NCBI GenBank assembly: GCA_965215605.1
Contig: OZ244070.1
Coordinates: forward strand, 736,001-800,000
Reading direction: 5' to 3'
Source of the DNA: an uncultured Candidatus Binatia bacterium
Lineage (GTDB): Bacteria; Desulfobacterota; Binatia; UBA9968; JAJDTQ01
Length of the DNA stretch: 64,000 nucleotides
Part shown: piece by piece, positions 41,314-50,532 of the stretch
How the letters are laid out: each line of letters opens with the position of its first letter
Position numbering within the stretch: position 1 is the stretch's first letter
The notes under the pieces: generated by a model
What the model was told of the DNA's origin: nothing
Databases searched by the model: none
Seen by the model: only the letters and a program-made list of their open reading frames with translations
Position numbers and translations under genes: made by a program

Positions 41314-41328
41314 CGACCCGCCGCCGCG

Positions 41329-42417
41329 CTACATCCCGTAGAACGCCCGGGCGTTGTCGTCGAGGATCTTTTCCACCACGCGGGCCGGAATGTCGTCGCG
41401 GGCGCGCAGCTTGGCGGCGACGTTGTCCTCGAAGGACTGGTCGAGGTGGCCGTAGTCCGAGCCGATCATGATGTGGTCTTCGTGGATGTAGTCGAGGAGC
41501 ATGGGCAGGTCTTCGTCCACCTCGCACACCACCCACAGGCGGCACTTCTCGAAGAGCTCGGGGCCGATGGGGACGTCGCCGTTCTTGATGGTGCGCCGAA
41601 GCTGGTGCAGCAGGTACGGCACCCATGAGGCGCTGGCTTCGACGAAGCCGAACCGGAGGCCGGGAAACCGCTCGGGGATGTGATTGGCCACCAGGTCCCG
41701 GAAGGCGATGAGCGGCAGCATGCGCAGGTGCGGCAGCGTGTGGCTGACCCTCACGTCGAACACGCTGGTGATGGCCGGCGAGCCCGCGCCGATGTGGATG
41801 CAGATGGGGAAGTCGAGACGGGCCGCCTCCTCGTAGAGCGGAAAGAAGTAGGGCTCGGCCAGTGAACGGTCGCCCTCGATGCCGCGCATGTTCACGCCCA
41901 CCGCGCCGTGCTCCTTGGCGTAGTGCAACTGCTTGATGGACTCCTCGATGGAGGTCAGCGGGAACACCGCGGTCCAGCGGAGCCGGTTGTCTCCCTGGGC
42001 CCAGACCTCGCCCATCCAGCGGTTGTAGGCGCGGCACAGCGCTACGTCCAGGTCCACGTCCTCGGTGAGACGGACGCCCCAGAGCGTCGAGTAGATCACC
42101 TCGGCGTCCGCGCCGCGCTTGTCCAGCGCCTCCACCCGGGCCCGCGGATCGGTCAATTGCCGGATCGCCAGGTCGATGTCCTGCCGGGTCCACTGCCGCT
42201 CCTGTTCGGCCGGGGTGCTGAGCCGGGCGCTGCCCTTGCCCACGGACTTGGGAAAGATCTGCCCGTCGATGAGCCAGAAGGCGTTGGAGCTCTGGTACTC
42301 GGTGTCGGTGGGCGCCTGCAACAGGATCGGCCGGCGGTCGTACATGTCCTTGTCCATGTACTCCCAGATATCCGCCGATTCGACGATGTGGGTATCCGCG
42401 TCGATGAAGCCGTTCAT
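41329..42417 (-). CDS. amidohydrolase-2 family protein (ACMSD/decarboxylase-like)
   Basis: IDADTH, CRAYNRW, PICIHIG, RFGFVEASASW and GSDYGH. Confidence 0.9.
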   Translation of the reverse strand: MNGFIDADTHIVESADIWEYMDKDMYDRRPILLQAPTDTEYQSSNAFWLIDGQIFPKSVGKGSARLSTPAEQERQWTRQDIDLAIRQLTDPRARVEALDKRGADAEVIYSTLWGVRLTEDVDLDVALCRAYNRWMGEVWAQGDNRLRWTAVFPLTSIEESIKQLHYAKEHGAVGVNMRGIEGDRSLAEPYFFPLYEEAARLDFPICIHIGAGSPAITSVFDVRVSHTLPHLRMLPLIAFRDLVANHIPERFPGLRFGFVEASASWVPYLLHQLRRTIKNGDVPIGPELFEKCRLWVVCEVDEDLPMLLDYIHEDHIMIGSDYGHLDQSFEDNVAAKLRARDDIPARVVEKILDDNARAFYGM

Positions 42418-42467
42418 GTCTGTCTCCTTTCAGGCTGGCACGGTTCCGCCTTGAGTTGTCGTGGCGG

Positions 42468-43910
42468 TCAGGGCAGCGGCGGCGCCTTCCGTGTCCAGGG
42501 CGACGCCTGCTCGTAGGCATGGGCCACCTTGAGCACGGAATCCTCGCGGAACGCGCCCGCCGCGATCTGCATGCCGATGGGCAGGCCGCCGCTGGAGAAG
42601 CCACAGTTCATGCTCAGCGACGGCAGCCCGCTGACGTTATGAGGGATGGTACAGAGTGTCAAGAAATTCCCGTCCGGACCCTGGAGCGGCTGCTTGCGGC
42701 CGTCCACCATCACCGAACCGCTCATGGACTCGTCGATGGACAGCGCCGGGACCGGCGAGGTCGGAGAGAGGATGACGTCCACCCGGTCCAGCGCCTCGTC
42801 GAAGCCGTCACAGATGAGTCGGCGGATGCGCTGGGACTGATTGTACATCCCGCCGGATACCGTGAGCGCCTGTATCTGCGTGGACAACATGCTCGGGCTG
42901 TAGTCCCGCGCGTGGTTCCGCAGGTAGTACTCGGCATCGGCGGTGCTCTCGACTCGGCTGGCGCAGAGCTGTACCGCCGGGATCAGGTCCATGTGCGGGA
43001 CCGTGACTTCCTCCACCGCCATCCCCAGGGAACGGAGAAGCTCCAGGGCGTCGGAGAGCGCCTGCATGACCTCTTTCGACGCGAACCTCTCGAAGTACCC
43101 CTTGACGATGCCCGCGCGCATGCCCTCGACGGAGGACCCCAGACTCGCCCCGTAGTCCGGCACCGGCTCGCGCGAGCTCAGCGGGTCCTGGGGATCATGC
43201 CCCGCGATGACCTGCATCATCGCCGCGCAGTCGGCGACGGAGCGGGTCAGCGGGCCGAAGTGGTTGGTGGAGTAGCCGCCGGTGCCCGGCACGCCGCCGT
43301 GAACGCTGACCCGCCCGTAGGTCGGCTTGAGGCCGACGATGCCGCACAGCGAGGCCGGGTTTCTGACCGAGCCCGCCGCGTCGGTGCCCACGGTGGCCAT
43401 GCACATGCCCGCGGCCACGGCCACCGCCGACCCGCTGCTGGAGCCGCCCGGAATGCAGTTCGTATCCCACGGGTTGCAAGGGGTGCCGTAGAACGGGTTG
43501 ACGCCGTGGCTGCCCTTGGCCCACTCGTGCATGTTGGTCTTGCCAAGGCTTATGGCGCCGGCCTCCCGCAGCCGGGTCACCACCGTGGCGTCGAAGTCCG
43601 GGACCCAGTCCGACAGCGCCTTGGCGCCGGCGGTGGTCCGCACCCCCCGGGTTGCGAAGTTGTCCTTGATGGAGACGGGGATGCCGTGAAGCGGTCCGCG
43701 GTAGCCGCCGGACCGGATCTCCTTCTCGGCGGCGGCCGCCTCCTCCAGGGCGCTCTCCGGAGTGGGCGTGAGATAGGCGTTCAGCAGCGGGTTCAGCCGT
43801 TCGAGCCGCTCCAGGTAGAGCTCGGTCAACGCCACCGGCGAGACCTCGCCGTCGCGGATCTTCGGGGCGACGTCGCTGATGGTCAGGGTCGCCAGGTCCT
43901 TCTCGACCAT
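42468..43910 (-). CDS. amidase signature family enzyme
   Basis: PLHGIPVSIKD, GKTNMHE, GGSSSGS and GTDAAGSVRNPA (K-S-S triad). Confidence 0.92.
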   Translation of the reverse strand: MVEKDLATLTISDVAPKIRDGEVSPVALTELYLERLERLNPLLNAYLTPTPESALEEAAAAEKEIRSGGYRGPLHGIPVSIKDNFATRGVRTTAGAKALSDWVPDFDATVVTRLREAGAISLGKTNMHEWAKGSHGVNPFYGTPCNPWDTNCIPGGSSSGSAVAVAAGMCMATVGTDAAGSVRNPASLCGIVGLKPTYGRVSVHGGVPGTGGYSTNHFGPLTRSVADCAAMMQVIAGHDPQDPLSSREPVPDYGASLGSSVEGMRAGIVKGYFERFASKEVMQALSDALELLRSLGMAVEEVTVPHMDLIPAVQLCASRVESTADAEYYLRNHARDYSPSMLSTQIQALTVSGGMYNQSQRIRRLICDGFDEALDRVDVILSPTSPVPALSIDESMSGSVMVDGRKQPLQGPDGNFLTLCTIPHNVSGLPSLSMNCGFSSGGLPIGMQIAAGAFREDSVLKVAHAYEQASPWTRKAPPLP

Positions 43911-43944
43911 TCGGGTACCTCCGGCCGCCGTACGAGGCGGCGGG

Positions 43945-45009
43945 TTAGAGACCGTACAGATTCTTGGCGTTCTGTCCCAGGATCTTGTCGATGATGTGGG
44001 GCGCCACTTCGCCCTTGTTCCTGAGCACGCGCAGGGCTTCGATCTCCGCGGAGCGGTCGGCGTGGCCGTAGTCCGTGCCGATGACGAGGTTGTCCTCGCC
44101 GCCGTACCGGAGGATGGTGGCGAGGTCGTCGTCGGTCTGACAGGCCACCCATACCCGGTTCTCCCGCAGCACGTCCTCCGGGAACTCCATCCCCTGCCGC
44201 TCGGAGAGCCGCTTGAGGTCGTGGATCACGTACGGCAGCCACTGGGCGCTGACCTCGATGAAACCGAACCGGAGGCCGGGAAACTTCGCCGGGATGCCTT
44301 CCATGATGAGCGAGTGGAAGTCCCCCACCACCGCCAGCTTGAAGCGGCGGAAGCCGGCCGTCGCCGGAAACATGTCCTGGTAGGTGAAGCTGGCGATGCC
44401 CGAGTGGACACAGGCCGGCAGGTCGAGCCTCGCGGCCTCCTCGTAGAGGGGGAAGAAATACGGGTCGGTGAGCTGCTTCTCGCCTTCCAGCCCCCGCATC
44501 ATGAAGCCGCAGGCGCCCGCGTCCCGCGCCCACGCCAGCTCGGCCAGGGCCTTGTCCATGGTCAGGAACGGCAGCAACGCGATCCAGCGCAGGCGCCCCT
44601 TGGCGCCCTCGCAGAGAGCGGCGAGCCAGCGATTGTAGGTCTTGCACAGCGCCAACTCCACCGCCGGCTTCATGGTCACCGGCCGGAGGAACAGGGTCGG
44701 GTAGAGCACCTGGACGTCCACCTCCAGCTCGTCCATGTGCCGGAGCCGCGCCTCCACGTCGCGCATCTCCCGGGTTTCCGGCGTGGTGTCCAGCCCGACG
44801 TTGTGGTTCTTGGGCTGCAGGCGGCCGTCCACGTACCAGTACTCGGTGCCCCGCTTGGGCATCCGGTCCCATTTGTCGCGCAGTTCGGCCTTGGTGTACT
44901 GCCGCTCCGACACGATGATCTCGGGCCGGAACTCCTGCTCCGATTCTTCCAGGAAGTCCCAGGTGTGCGGATTCTCCAGCACGTGGGCATCGGCATCGAC
45001 GGTGAGCAT
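43945..45009 (-). CDS. amidohydrolase-2 family protein
   Basis: VDADAH, CKTYNRW, ACVHSG, RFGFIE and GTDYGH. Confidence 0.9.
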   Translation of the reverse strand: MLTVDADAHVLENPHTWDFLEESEQEFRPEIIVSERQYTKAELRDKWDRMPKRGTEYWYVDGRLQPKNHNVGLDTTPETREMRDVEARLRHMDELEVDVQVLYPTLFLRPVTMKPAVELALCKTYNRWLAALCEGAKGRLRWIALLPFLTMDKALAELAWARDAGACGFMMRGLEGEKQLTDPYFFPLYEEAARLDLPACVHSGIASFTYQDMFPATAGFRRFKLAVVGDFHSLIMEGIPAKFPGLRFGFIEVSAQWLPYVIHDLKRLSERQGMEFPEDVLRENRVWVACQTDDDLATILRYGGEDNLVIGTDYGHADRSAEIEALRVLRNKGEVAPHIIDKILGQNAKNLYGL

Positions 45010-45057
45010 GGCGGGTCCCCTCCTTCCGTCCGCGGGCTCTCCACGGGTGCGGGGCAC

Positions 45058-45082
45058 GGGCGGGTTTGGAACCCGCCCCTAC
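45058..45082 (-). repeat. GTAG-type REP
   Basis: Identical to 38748-38772. Confidence 0.8.
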
Positions 45083-46452
45083 ACGGGCGGCCGGCGCTCG
45101 AACCAGCGGGCGTGCTGCTGGTAGGCGTAGCCCACCCGCAACAGCGTGGACTCGGCGAAGGCCTTGCCCCAGAACTGCATGCCCACCGGCAGGCCCTTGG
45201 AGCTGAAGCCGGACGGGATGGCGAGCGCCGGGACGCCCGCGAGGTTCGCCGGCGACGGATAGTCCGGACGGAGCATCTTGTTCACGGCGTCCAGGCCGTC
45301 CAGCTCCGACGCCAGCGGGGCCGTGGTCGGATTGGTGGGCAGGGCCAGAACGTTCACCTCTCGGAACACCGCGTTCAGCTCCCGCCGGAGCCGGCTCCGC
45401 ATCCGCTGGGCCTGGATGTAGTCGCCGCAGGTGGACACCGCGCCGATGAACAGCCGCGCCCGGCGAGACTCCGAGGCCTCTCCGGCCATGGCCGCATCCA
45501 TGTCGGCCCGGCATATGTTGTAGAACTCGCACGAGTAGATGAGGCCGTTGGCGATGGTGGCGTACTCCATGCTCGGCACCGTCACGTCCCGGACCTTGGC
45601 GCCCAGGGACTCGAAGACCGCCAGCGCCTCGTCCAGAAGGGCCAGTACCTCGGGGTCGGTGTCGATGAGGCCGAAGTAGTCCCGCGGCACGCCGATGACC
45701 ATACCCGAGACCCCGGCCTTCAGGTCCGCGCTGTAGTCGGAGACCTCCACCTGGCTCGAGGTGGGGTCCCTCGGATCGAAGCCGGCCAGCACCTGGAGCA
45801 TGTGCGCGAGATCTTCCACCACCCGCGTCATGGGGCCGGCGGTGTCCAGCGACCAGCCCAGCGGCGCCAGGCCGAACCGGCTGACCCGCCCGTAGGTGGG
45901 CTTCAGTCCGGATATGCCGCAGAAGGACGCGGGGTTCCGGATGGAGCCCGCGGTGTCCTCGCCCATGGAGCCCATGCACAGCCCGCCGGCGATGCCGGCG
46001 CCGGAGCCGGTGCTGGAGCCGCCGGGCACATGGTCGAGATTCCAGGGATTGCGGGCGCCCTTGATGCCTCCCGGAAGACCGCTCATGTTGAGCTTTCCGA
46101 GCATCACCGCCCCGGCCTCGCGCAGGCGGCGCACCGCGGTGCAGTCTTCCCCCGGGCCGTCGGGCTGCGGGATGCGCACCATCGAGAGCGCGCCCTCGAC
46201 GTCGTATTGATCCTTGACGGCGACCGGAATGCCGTGGAGCGGGCCCCGGTAGCGGCCGTTCCGAATTTCCTGCTCCGCCGTCCGGGCCTCCGCCAGGGCG
46301 CTCTCCTCCATGAGGTTCACGTAGGCACGCAGGTCCCCGTCCAGGGCGTGAATCCGGTCGAGGTAGGCTTGCGTCAACTCCACCGGGGAAACCTCGCCCT
46401 TCTGCAAGCGCGGGGCCATGCTGTCGATGCTGGAAAAACACAAATCCGACAT
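45079..46452 (-). CDS. amidase signature family enzyme
   Basis: PLHGIPVAVKD, GGSSTGS and GEDTAGSIRNPA. Confidence 0.9.
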   Translation of the reverse strand: MSDLCFSSIDSMAPRLQKGEVSPVELTQAYLDRIHALDGDLRAYVNLMEESALAEARTAEQEIRNGRYRGPLHGIPVAVKDQYDVEGALSMVRIPQPDGPGEDCTAVRRLREAGAVMLGKLNMSGLPGGIKGARNPWNLDHVPGGSSTGSGAGIAGGLCMGSMGEDTAGSIRNPASFCGISGLKPTYGRVSRFGLAPLGWSLDTAGPMTRVVEDLAHMLQVLAGFDPRDPTSSQVEVSDYSADLKAGVSGMVIGVPRDYFGLIDTDPEVLALLDEALAVFESLGAKVRDVTVPSMEYATIANGLIYSCEFYNICRADMDAAMAGEASESRRARLFIGAVSTCGDYIQAQRMRSRLRRELNAVFREVNVLALPTNPTTAPLASELDGLDAVNKMLRPDYPSPANLAGVPALAIPSGFSSKGLPVGMQFWGKAFAESTLLRVGYAYQQHARWFERRPPV

Positions 46453-46482
46453 GTCCGTTCCTCGCTGTTCGCCGGACCGCCT

Positions 46483-46677
46483 CTACCGGTCCTCGTCCGT
46501 CTCAGGCCGGAAGACCCCGCCGACCTGCTCGCCGGCCAAATTGATGGAGTGGAGTTTGTCCAGGCTCTCCATGTAGGTCTCCAGCATCGGAATGAAGCGC
46601 GCCCGATCGCTCTCGGCCATCTCGAGACCGGCCCGGTGCAGCAACCGCTTCAGGGTTTCCTCGGTGTGCTTGTCCAT
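46483..46677 (-). CDS. small protein upstream of amidase (possible GatC/AtzG-like accessory subunit)
   Basis: 64-aa MDKHTEETLKRLLHRAGLEM...GVFRP ORF with AGGAGG RBS. Confidence 0.6.
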   Translation of the reverse strand: MDKHTEETLKRLLHRAGLEMAESDRARFIPMLETYMESLDKLHSINLAGEQVGGVFRPETDEDR

Positions 46678-46717
46678 GACGAACCTCCTGTCCGCGTCAT
46701 CTTTGTGCCGCCCCGCC

Positions 46718-47464
46718 TCATCCCAGATCCCCCCACAGCAACTGCACGGCGCAGACGGCGGCCACCGCCGCCGTTTCCGTGCGCAGGATGCGCCTGCCCA
46801 GCCCCACGGTGTGAAATCCGTGAGCCGCGGCCCGCGCGGCTTCCTCCTCGCTGAACCCGCCTTCCGGGCCCACCATGACCAGCACGGAATGCAGGCTGGC
46901 GAACTCTTCCCGCAGGGAATGCAATCCTCGTCCCGACGGGCCTTCCCAGAACAACAGCCTCGCGTCGCACTGCCAGTCGGCGGCCAGCACGGCGTCGAAG
47001 CCGTCCGGCTCCCGTATCTCCGGCAGCCGGGTGCGCCCGGACTGTCTTGCGGCGGCGGCGGCGATCTTTTCCCAACGCTCGCGGCGCCTCCCGCTCTTGT
47101 CGCCGGCGAACCGGGGCACGGTGTGTGACGAGAAGAACGGCGCCACACATGTCACCCCCAGCTCCGTGGACTTCTCCACGATCCAGTCCATCTTGTCGCC
47201 CTTGCCCACGGCCTGGGCCAAGGTGACGGCCAGGGGGGACTCCCGCTCCGGGCGATAGGACCGTACCACGGTCATGGTTGCAACTCCACCATCATAGGCG
47301 CGGATCAGGGCCTCGTGCTCGGCGCCCTCGCCGTCCCATAGCAGCACCCGGGCGCCCGCGCGCAAACGCAAGACCTTGCGCATGTGCGCGAGCTCCCGAC
47401 CCTCCACCGTGGCGGCGCCGTCGCGCACCGCGTCGGGTGAAACGAGGAAACGCGGGAGGCTCAT
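46718..47464 (-). CDS. rsmE: 16S rRNA m3U1498 methyltransferase
   Basis: HMRKVLRL, KMDWIVEKSTELG, VGPEGGFS and LGRRILRTETA. Confidence 0.95.
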   Translation of the reverse strand: MSLPRFLVSPDAVRDGAATVEGRELAHMRKVLRLRAGARVLLWDGEGAEHEALIRAYDGGVATMTVVRSYRPERESPLAVTLAQAVGKGDKMDWIVEKSTELGVTCVAPFFSSHTVPRFAGDKSGRRRERWEKIAAAAARQSGRTRLPEIREPDGFDAVLAADWQCDARLLFWEGPSGRGLHSLREEFASLHSVLVMVGPEGGFSEEEAARAAAHGFHTVGLGRRILRTETAAVAAVCAVQLLWGDLG

Positions 47465-48318
47465 GACTCCTTCCGGAGCAGCAGCGTGCTCCACTCCTTG
47501 CGGTCCTTGCGCCGCTCGATCCGGAATCCGCCGAAACGCCCCATCACCGTGGAAACATGATCGTGCAGCAGCCCCGAGAGGACCAGCGAGCCCCCGGCGG
47601 CCACGCACCGGTTCAGCGGAACGGCCAGCTCCACGAGGGTCTCCAGTATGATGTTGGCCACCACCAGCGGGAACCGGCGCCGGACCCGGCGGACGCTGGT
47701 GTCACTCAGGGTCACCGCACCCTCCAGACCGTTGAGCGTGAGGTTTGCCCGCGCCGCTTCGAGGGCCACGGGGTCGTTGTCCACCGCCAGCACCTCGCGC
47801 ACCCCGAGCCCGGCCATGCCGATGGCGAGGACGCCGGAGCCCGTGCCCACGTCCAGCGCCTTGGCCGGCACGGTCTCGGCGCAAAGCTCGTCGATGAACT
47901 CAAGGCAGGAACGGGTGGTCTCATGGGTGCCCGTGCCGAACGCCATCGCAGGCTCAATGAGGACGGTATGGCGGCGGGTGTCTTTCGGACGGAGCCACGG
48001 CGGCGTCACCAGGAACCGCTTGCCGATCTTCTGCGGCTTGAAGTGGTCACGCCAGCCGTCGTGCCAGTTCTTCTCGGCGATGACCCGCCAGCGGGTGCGG
48101 CCCACGAAACCGTCGGGGAAGATCTCCCGGAGACCGCTCAGATAGTGCCGGACCAAGGGCCGGAGGGCGCCATCGTCCACCGCTTCCGGGAAGAACGCGC
48201 GCAGGGAACGGTCGCCGCAGACGACACCGGTCGAACCGTTCTCCACCAGGAAGTTGGATATCGTATCCTGCACCGGGCCTTGGGCCTGGACGGAAAGCTC
48301 AAGCCAGCGGGCGGGCAT
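47461..48318 (-). CDS. prmA: ribosomal protein L11 methyltransferase
   Basis: EPAMAFGTGTHETT, LDVGTGSGVL, VANI and LSGLL. Confidence 0.94.
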   Translation of the reverse strand: MPARWLELSVQAQGPVQDTISNFLVENGSTGVVCGDRSLRAFFPEAVDDGALRPLVRHYLSGLREIFPDGFVGRTRWRVIAEKNWHDGWRDHFKPQKIGKRFLVTPPWLRPKDTRRHTVLIEPAMAFGTGTHETTRSCLEFIDELCAETVPAKALDVGTGSGVLAIGMAGLGVREVLAVDNDPVALEAARANLTLNGLEGAVTLSDTSVRRVRRRFPLVVANIILETLVELAVPLNRCVAAGGSLVLSGLLHDHVSTVMGRFGGFRIERRKDRKEWSTLLLRKES

Positions 48319-48412
48319 GGCCTCCTTTATGGCACAGCCCCGGCGGCCGGGGGAAGGCGGTACGCATGCACAAAATTGTTGCTTGCGGTGGGGCCGTTGA
48401 TAAAATGGAGCC

Positions 48413-49507
48413 ATGGCACCGCCGGAAATCCTGCAGGCACCCGATTACTATCGCGCGGACAACGCCGGGGACTTTACGTATGCGCCGGACCGCATGGCCG
48501 TCTTCCGGGAAGCCAACCGGTTCCGGCGGGAGTTCGGGATCGCGCCGGCCGCGGCGGACGCCAGGAGGATCGATCTTCTCCTGATCGACGTGCAGCGCGA
48601 CTTCTGCCATCCCGAGGGCACGTTGTACGTCGGCGGGCGGAGCGGGCAGGGGGCGGTGGAGGACACCCGGCGCATCGCGGCGTTCATCTATCGCAACCTG
48701 GCGCGGATCACCCACATCCGCTGCACCCTGGACAGCCACAACAACTTCCAGATCTTCTTCCCCTGGTTCTGGGTGGACTCCTACGGGGAGCCCCTTTCGC
48801 CCCATACCCTCATCACGGTCGACAAACGCGACGCCAGGCAGTTGATCAACATCGACCCCCTGGGCAACGTCCTCAGCGGAAACGTCGTCCCCAACCCCGC
48901 CATGACCTCCTGGGTCACCGACAAGGGCTACGACTGGCTGGTGGAGCAGTGCCGCTTCTACAACCGGGAGTTGGCCGCGGGCGGGCGCTACACGCTCTAC
49001 CTGTGGCCGCCTCACTGCCTGGTGGGCAGCCCGGGCCACACCGTCACGGGGGTGGTGGACGAAGCCCGGACGCTGCACTCCCTCGCGCGCGTGTCGCAGT
49101 CCTGGACCGAGATCAAGGGCTCCCACAACCTCACGGAGAACTACTCCGTGCTGCGCCCCGAGGTCCTCACCACTTGGGACGGTGGCGTACTGGCCGAGAG
49201 AAACGTCCGTTTCTACAAGACACTGGTGAAGGCCGACGCGCTCATCGTGGCCGGACAGGCCGCCAGCCACTGCGTCAAGAGCACGGTGCAGGACCTGCTG
49301 GAAGAGATCCGGCGGGAGGACCCGTCGCTGGCGCGCAAGGTCTACCTCATGACCGACTGCATGTCCTCGGTGGTGGTCCGGGGCGAGGGCGGCGACATCG
49401 CCGCCGACTTCACCGAAGCCGCCGAGCAGACCCTGGACGAGGCCGCGGGCGCCGGCATGCATTTGGTGAAGTCTACCGAACCGATGGAAAGCTGGCCGGG
49501 GATGTGA
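48413..49507 (+). CDS. nicotinamidase-like / isochorismatase superfamily hydrolase (long form)
   Basis: LLIDVQRDFC, TLDSH, LWPPHC, EIKG, TENYS and GQAASHCV. Confidence 0.8.
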   Translation: MAPPEILQAPDYYRADNAGDFTYAPDRMAVFREANRFRREFGIAPAAADARRIDLLLIDVQRDFCHPEGTLYVGGRSGQGAVEDTRRIAAFIYRNLARITHIRCTLDSHNNFQIFFPWFWVDSYGEPLSPHTLITVDKRDARQLINIDPLGNVLSGNVVPNPAMTSWVTDKGYDWLVEQCRFYNRELAAGGRYTLYLWPPHCLVGSPGHTVTGVVDEARTLHSLARVSQSWTEIKGSHNLTENYSVLRPEVLTTWDGGVLAERNVRFYKTLVKADALIVAGQAASHCVKSTVQDLLEEIRREDPSLARKVYLMTDCMSSVVVRGEGGDIAADFTEAAEQTLDEAAGAGMHLVKSTEPMESWPGM

Positions 49508-49582
49508 CCGACAACGCTGCGCGGCGGGGAAGGCGTAGCGGAATACGATCTCGGACGGCTGCGTTCCCGTGACAAGGCGCGT

Positions 49583-50506
49583 TCAAACGGCCCCGGCCAC
49601 TTCGAGGAATCGATCATATCGCCTGGAGAGGAACTCGACGGAGGGCCGGTCCGCGGGTCTGCGGGGTAGCGCAATCGGCTGGTCGTGAAGCCCCTGAATC
49701 GCGTGCTGAAGTGTCGGACCATCAAATTCCTTGAGAATATCCGTACGCACTTCAATGGTCCTGTCGGGCCGCACGCCTACGAAGAACCGGTCGAACGTGG
49801 CGTGGTGCAGTCGACACAACGACAAGCCGTTGCGCACAACCGGCTGACCGTCCGGCTCCGTATCTGGAATTATGTGCGCTGCGTCAAGCAACTCACCATG
49901 ACGCAGTCGGCAGAAGGCGCACTGATGACGGTACGCCCGCAGGACCCTCTCACGGAATGCGCGTTGGTGCAGCCGGCGCACAGCCGTTGTCGTGAGGTAC
50001 TCTCGCCGAATATCCGCTACGGTTCCGGTGTCATAGGGCGCCTGTGAGAACAACTCGAGCCGATCGGGATCGTCCACTGCTACCGAAAATGCGAGATCCT
50101 CAGATGCGTCGCGGACGATGTACACAGGCCAGATCGCCAAGTACCTCCCCGGAACGATCCCGTGAAAATAGGCGAGCGGGAGTTTGTGGTGCATCGTGAA
50201 CCGCAGTCCGACGTTGTCGCGGTGCTGCGGATCCGTTCCACGATACCGGTATCTCAAGAGATTGTCGTAGCCGAACTCATCGTCGTATGGCCCATCGGGA
50301 GCGGTGGTGATAGACAACGGCACAGACATGACGGCGGGCTTGAATATCCCTTGCGGACTTAGCAACGGAACCCGTCGTTGGTCCAGCTCGAATCCCCGTG
50401 CGAGCCTTTCTCGCGACAATACGTCGCCATGGAGTGAAGTCTGGTGCGCAAGCCACTCAAAAGCGGCGTTTCTAACTCGCGCATCGTAGTTTCGGTCGAA
50501 TTCCAT
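49583..50506 (-). CDS. HNH endonuclease, putative restriction enzyme with N-terminal recognition domain
   Basis: RLHQRAFRERVLRAY, CAFC, LDAAHI and NGLSLCRLHHATFD; visibly lower GC. Confidence 0.85.
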   Translation of the reverse strand: MEFDRNYDARVRNAAFEWLAHQTSLHGDVLSRERLARGFELDQRRVPLLSPQGIFKPAVMSVPLSITTAPDGPYDDEFGYDNLLRYRYRGTDPQHRDNVGLRFTMHHKLPLAYFHGIVPGRYLAIWPVYIVRDASEDLAFSVAVDDPDRLELFSQAPYDTGTVADIRREYLTTTAVRRLHQRAFRERVLRAYRHQCAFCRLRHGELLDAAHIIPDTEPDGQPVVRNGLSLCRLHHATFDRFFVGVRPDRTIEVRTDILKEFDGPTLQHAIQGLHDQPIALPRRPADRPSVEFLSRRYDRFLEVAGAV

Positions 50507-50532
50507 TAAGGGTGCATCCCCGCAACCGAGAG

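Noticed and set aside
42468-46452. Calling the amidases gatA
   Set aside because: No gatB nearby and the context is catabolic, so they are left as amidase-signature family.
43879-46854. Very long alternative ORFs (991 aa here; also 2057-4426, 15453-17984, 26590-28524, 54692-56485)
   Set aside because: Antisense or off-frame shadows of well-supported genes, typical of high-GC DNA, with no recognisable motifs.
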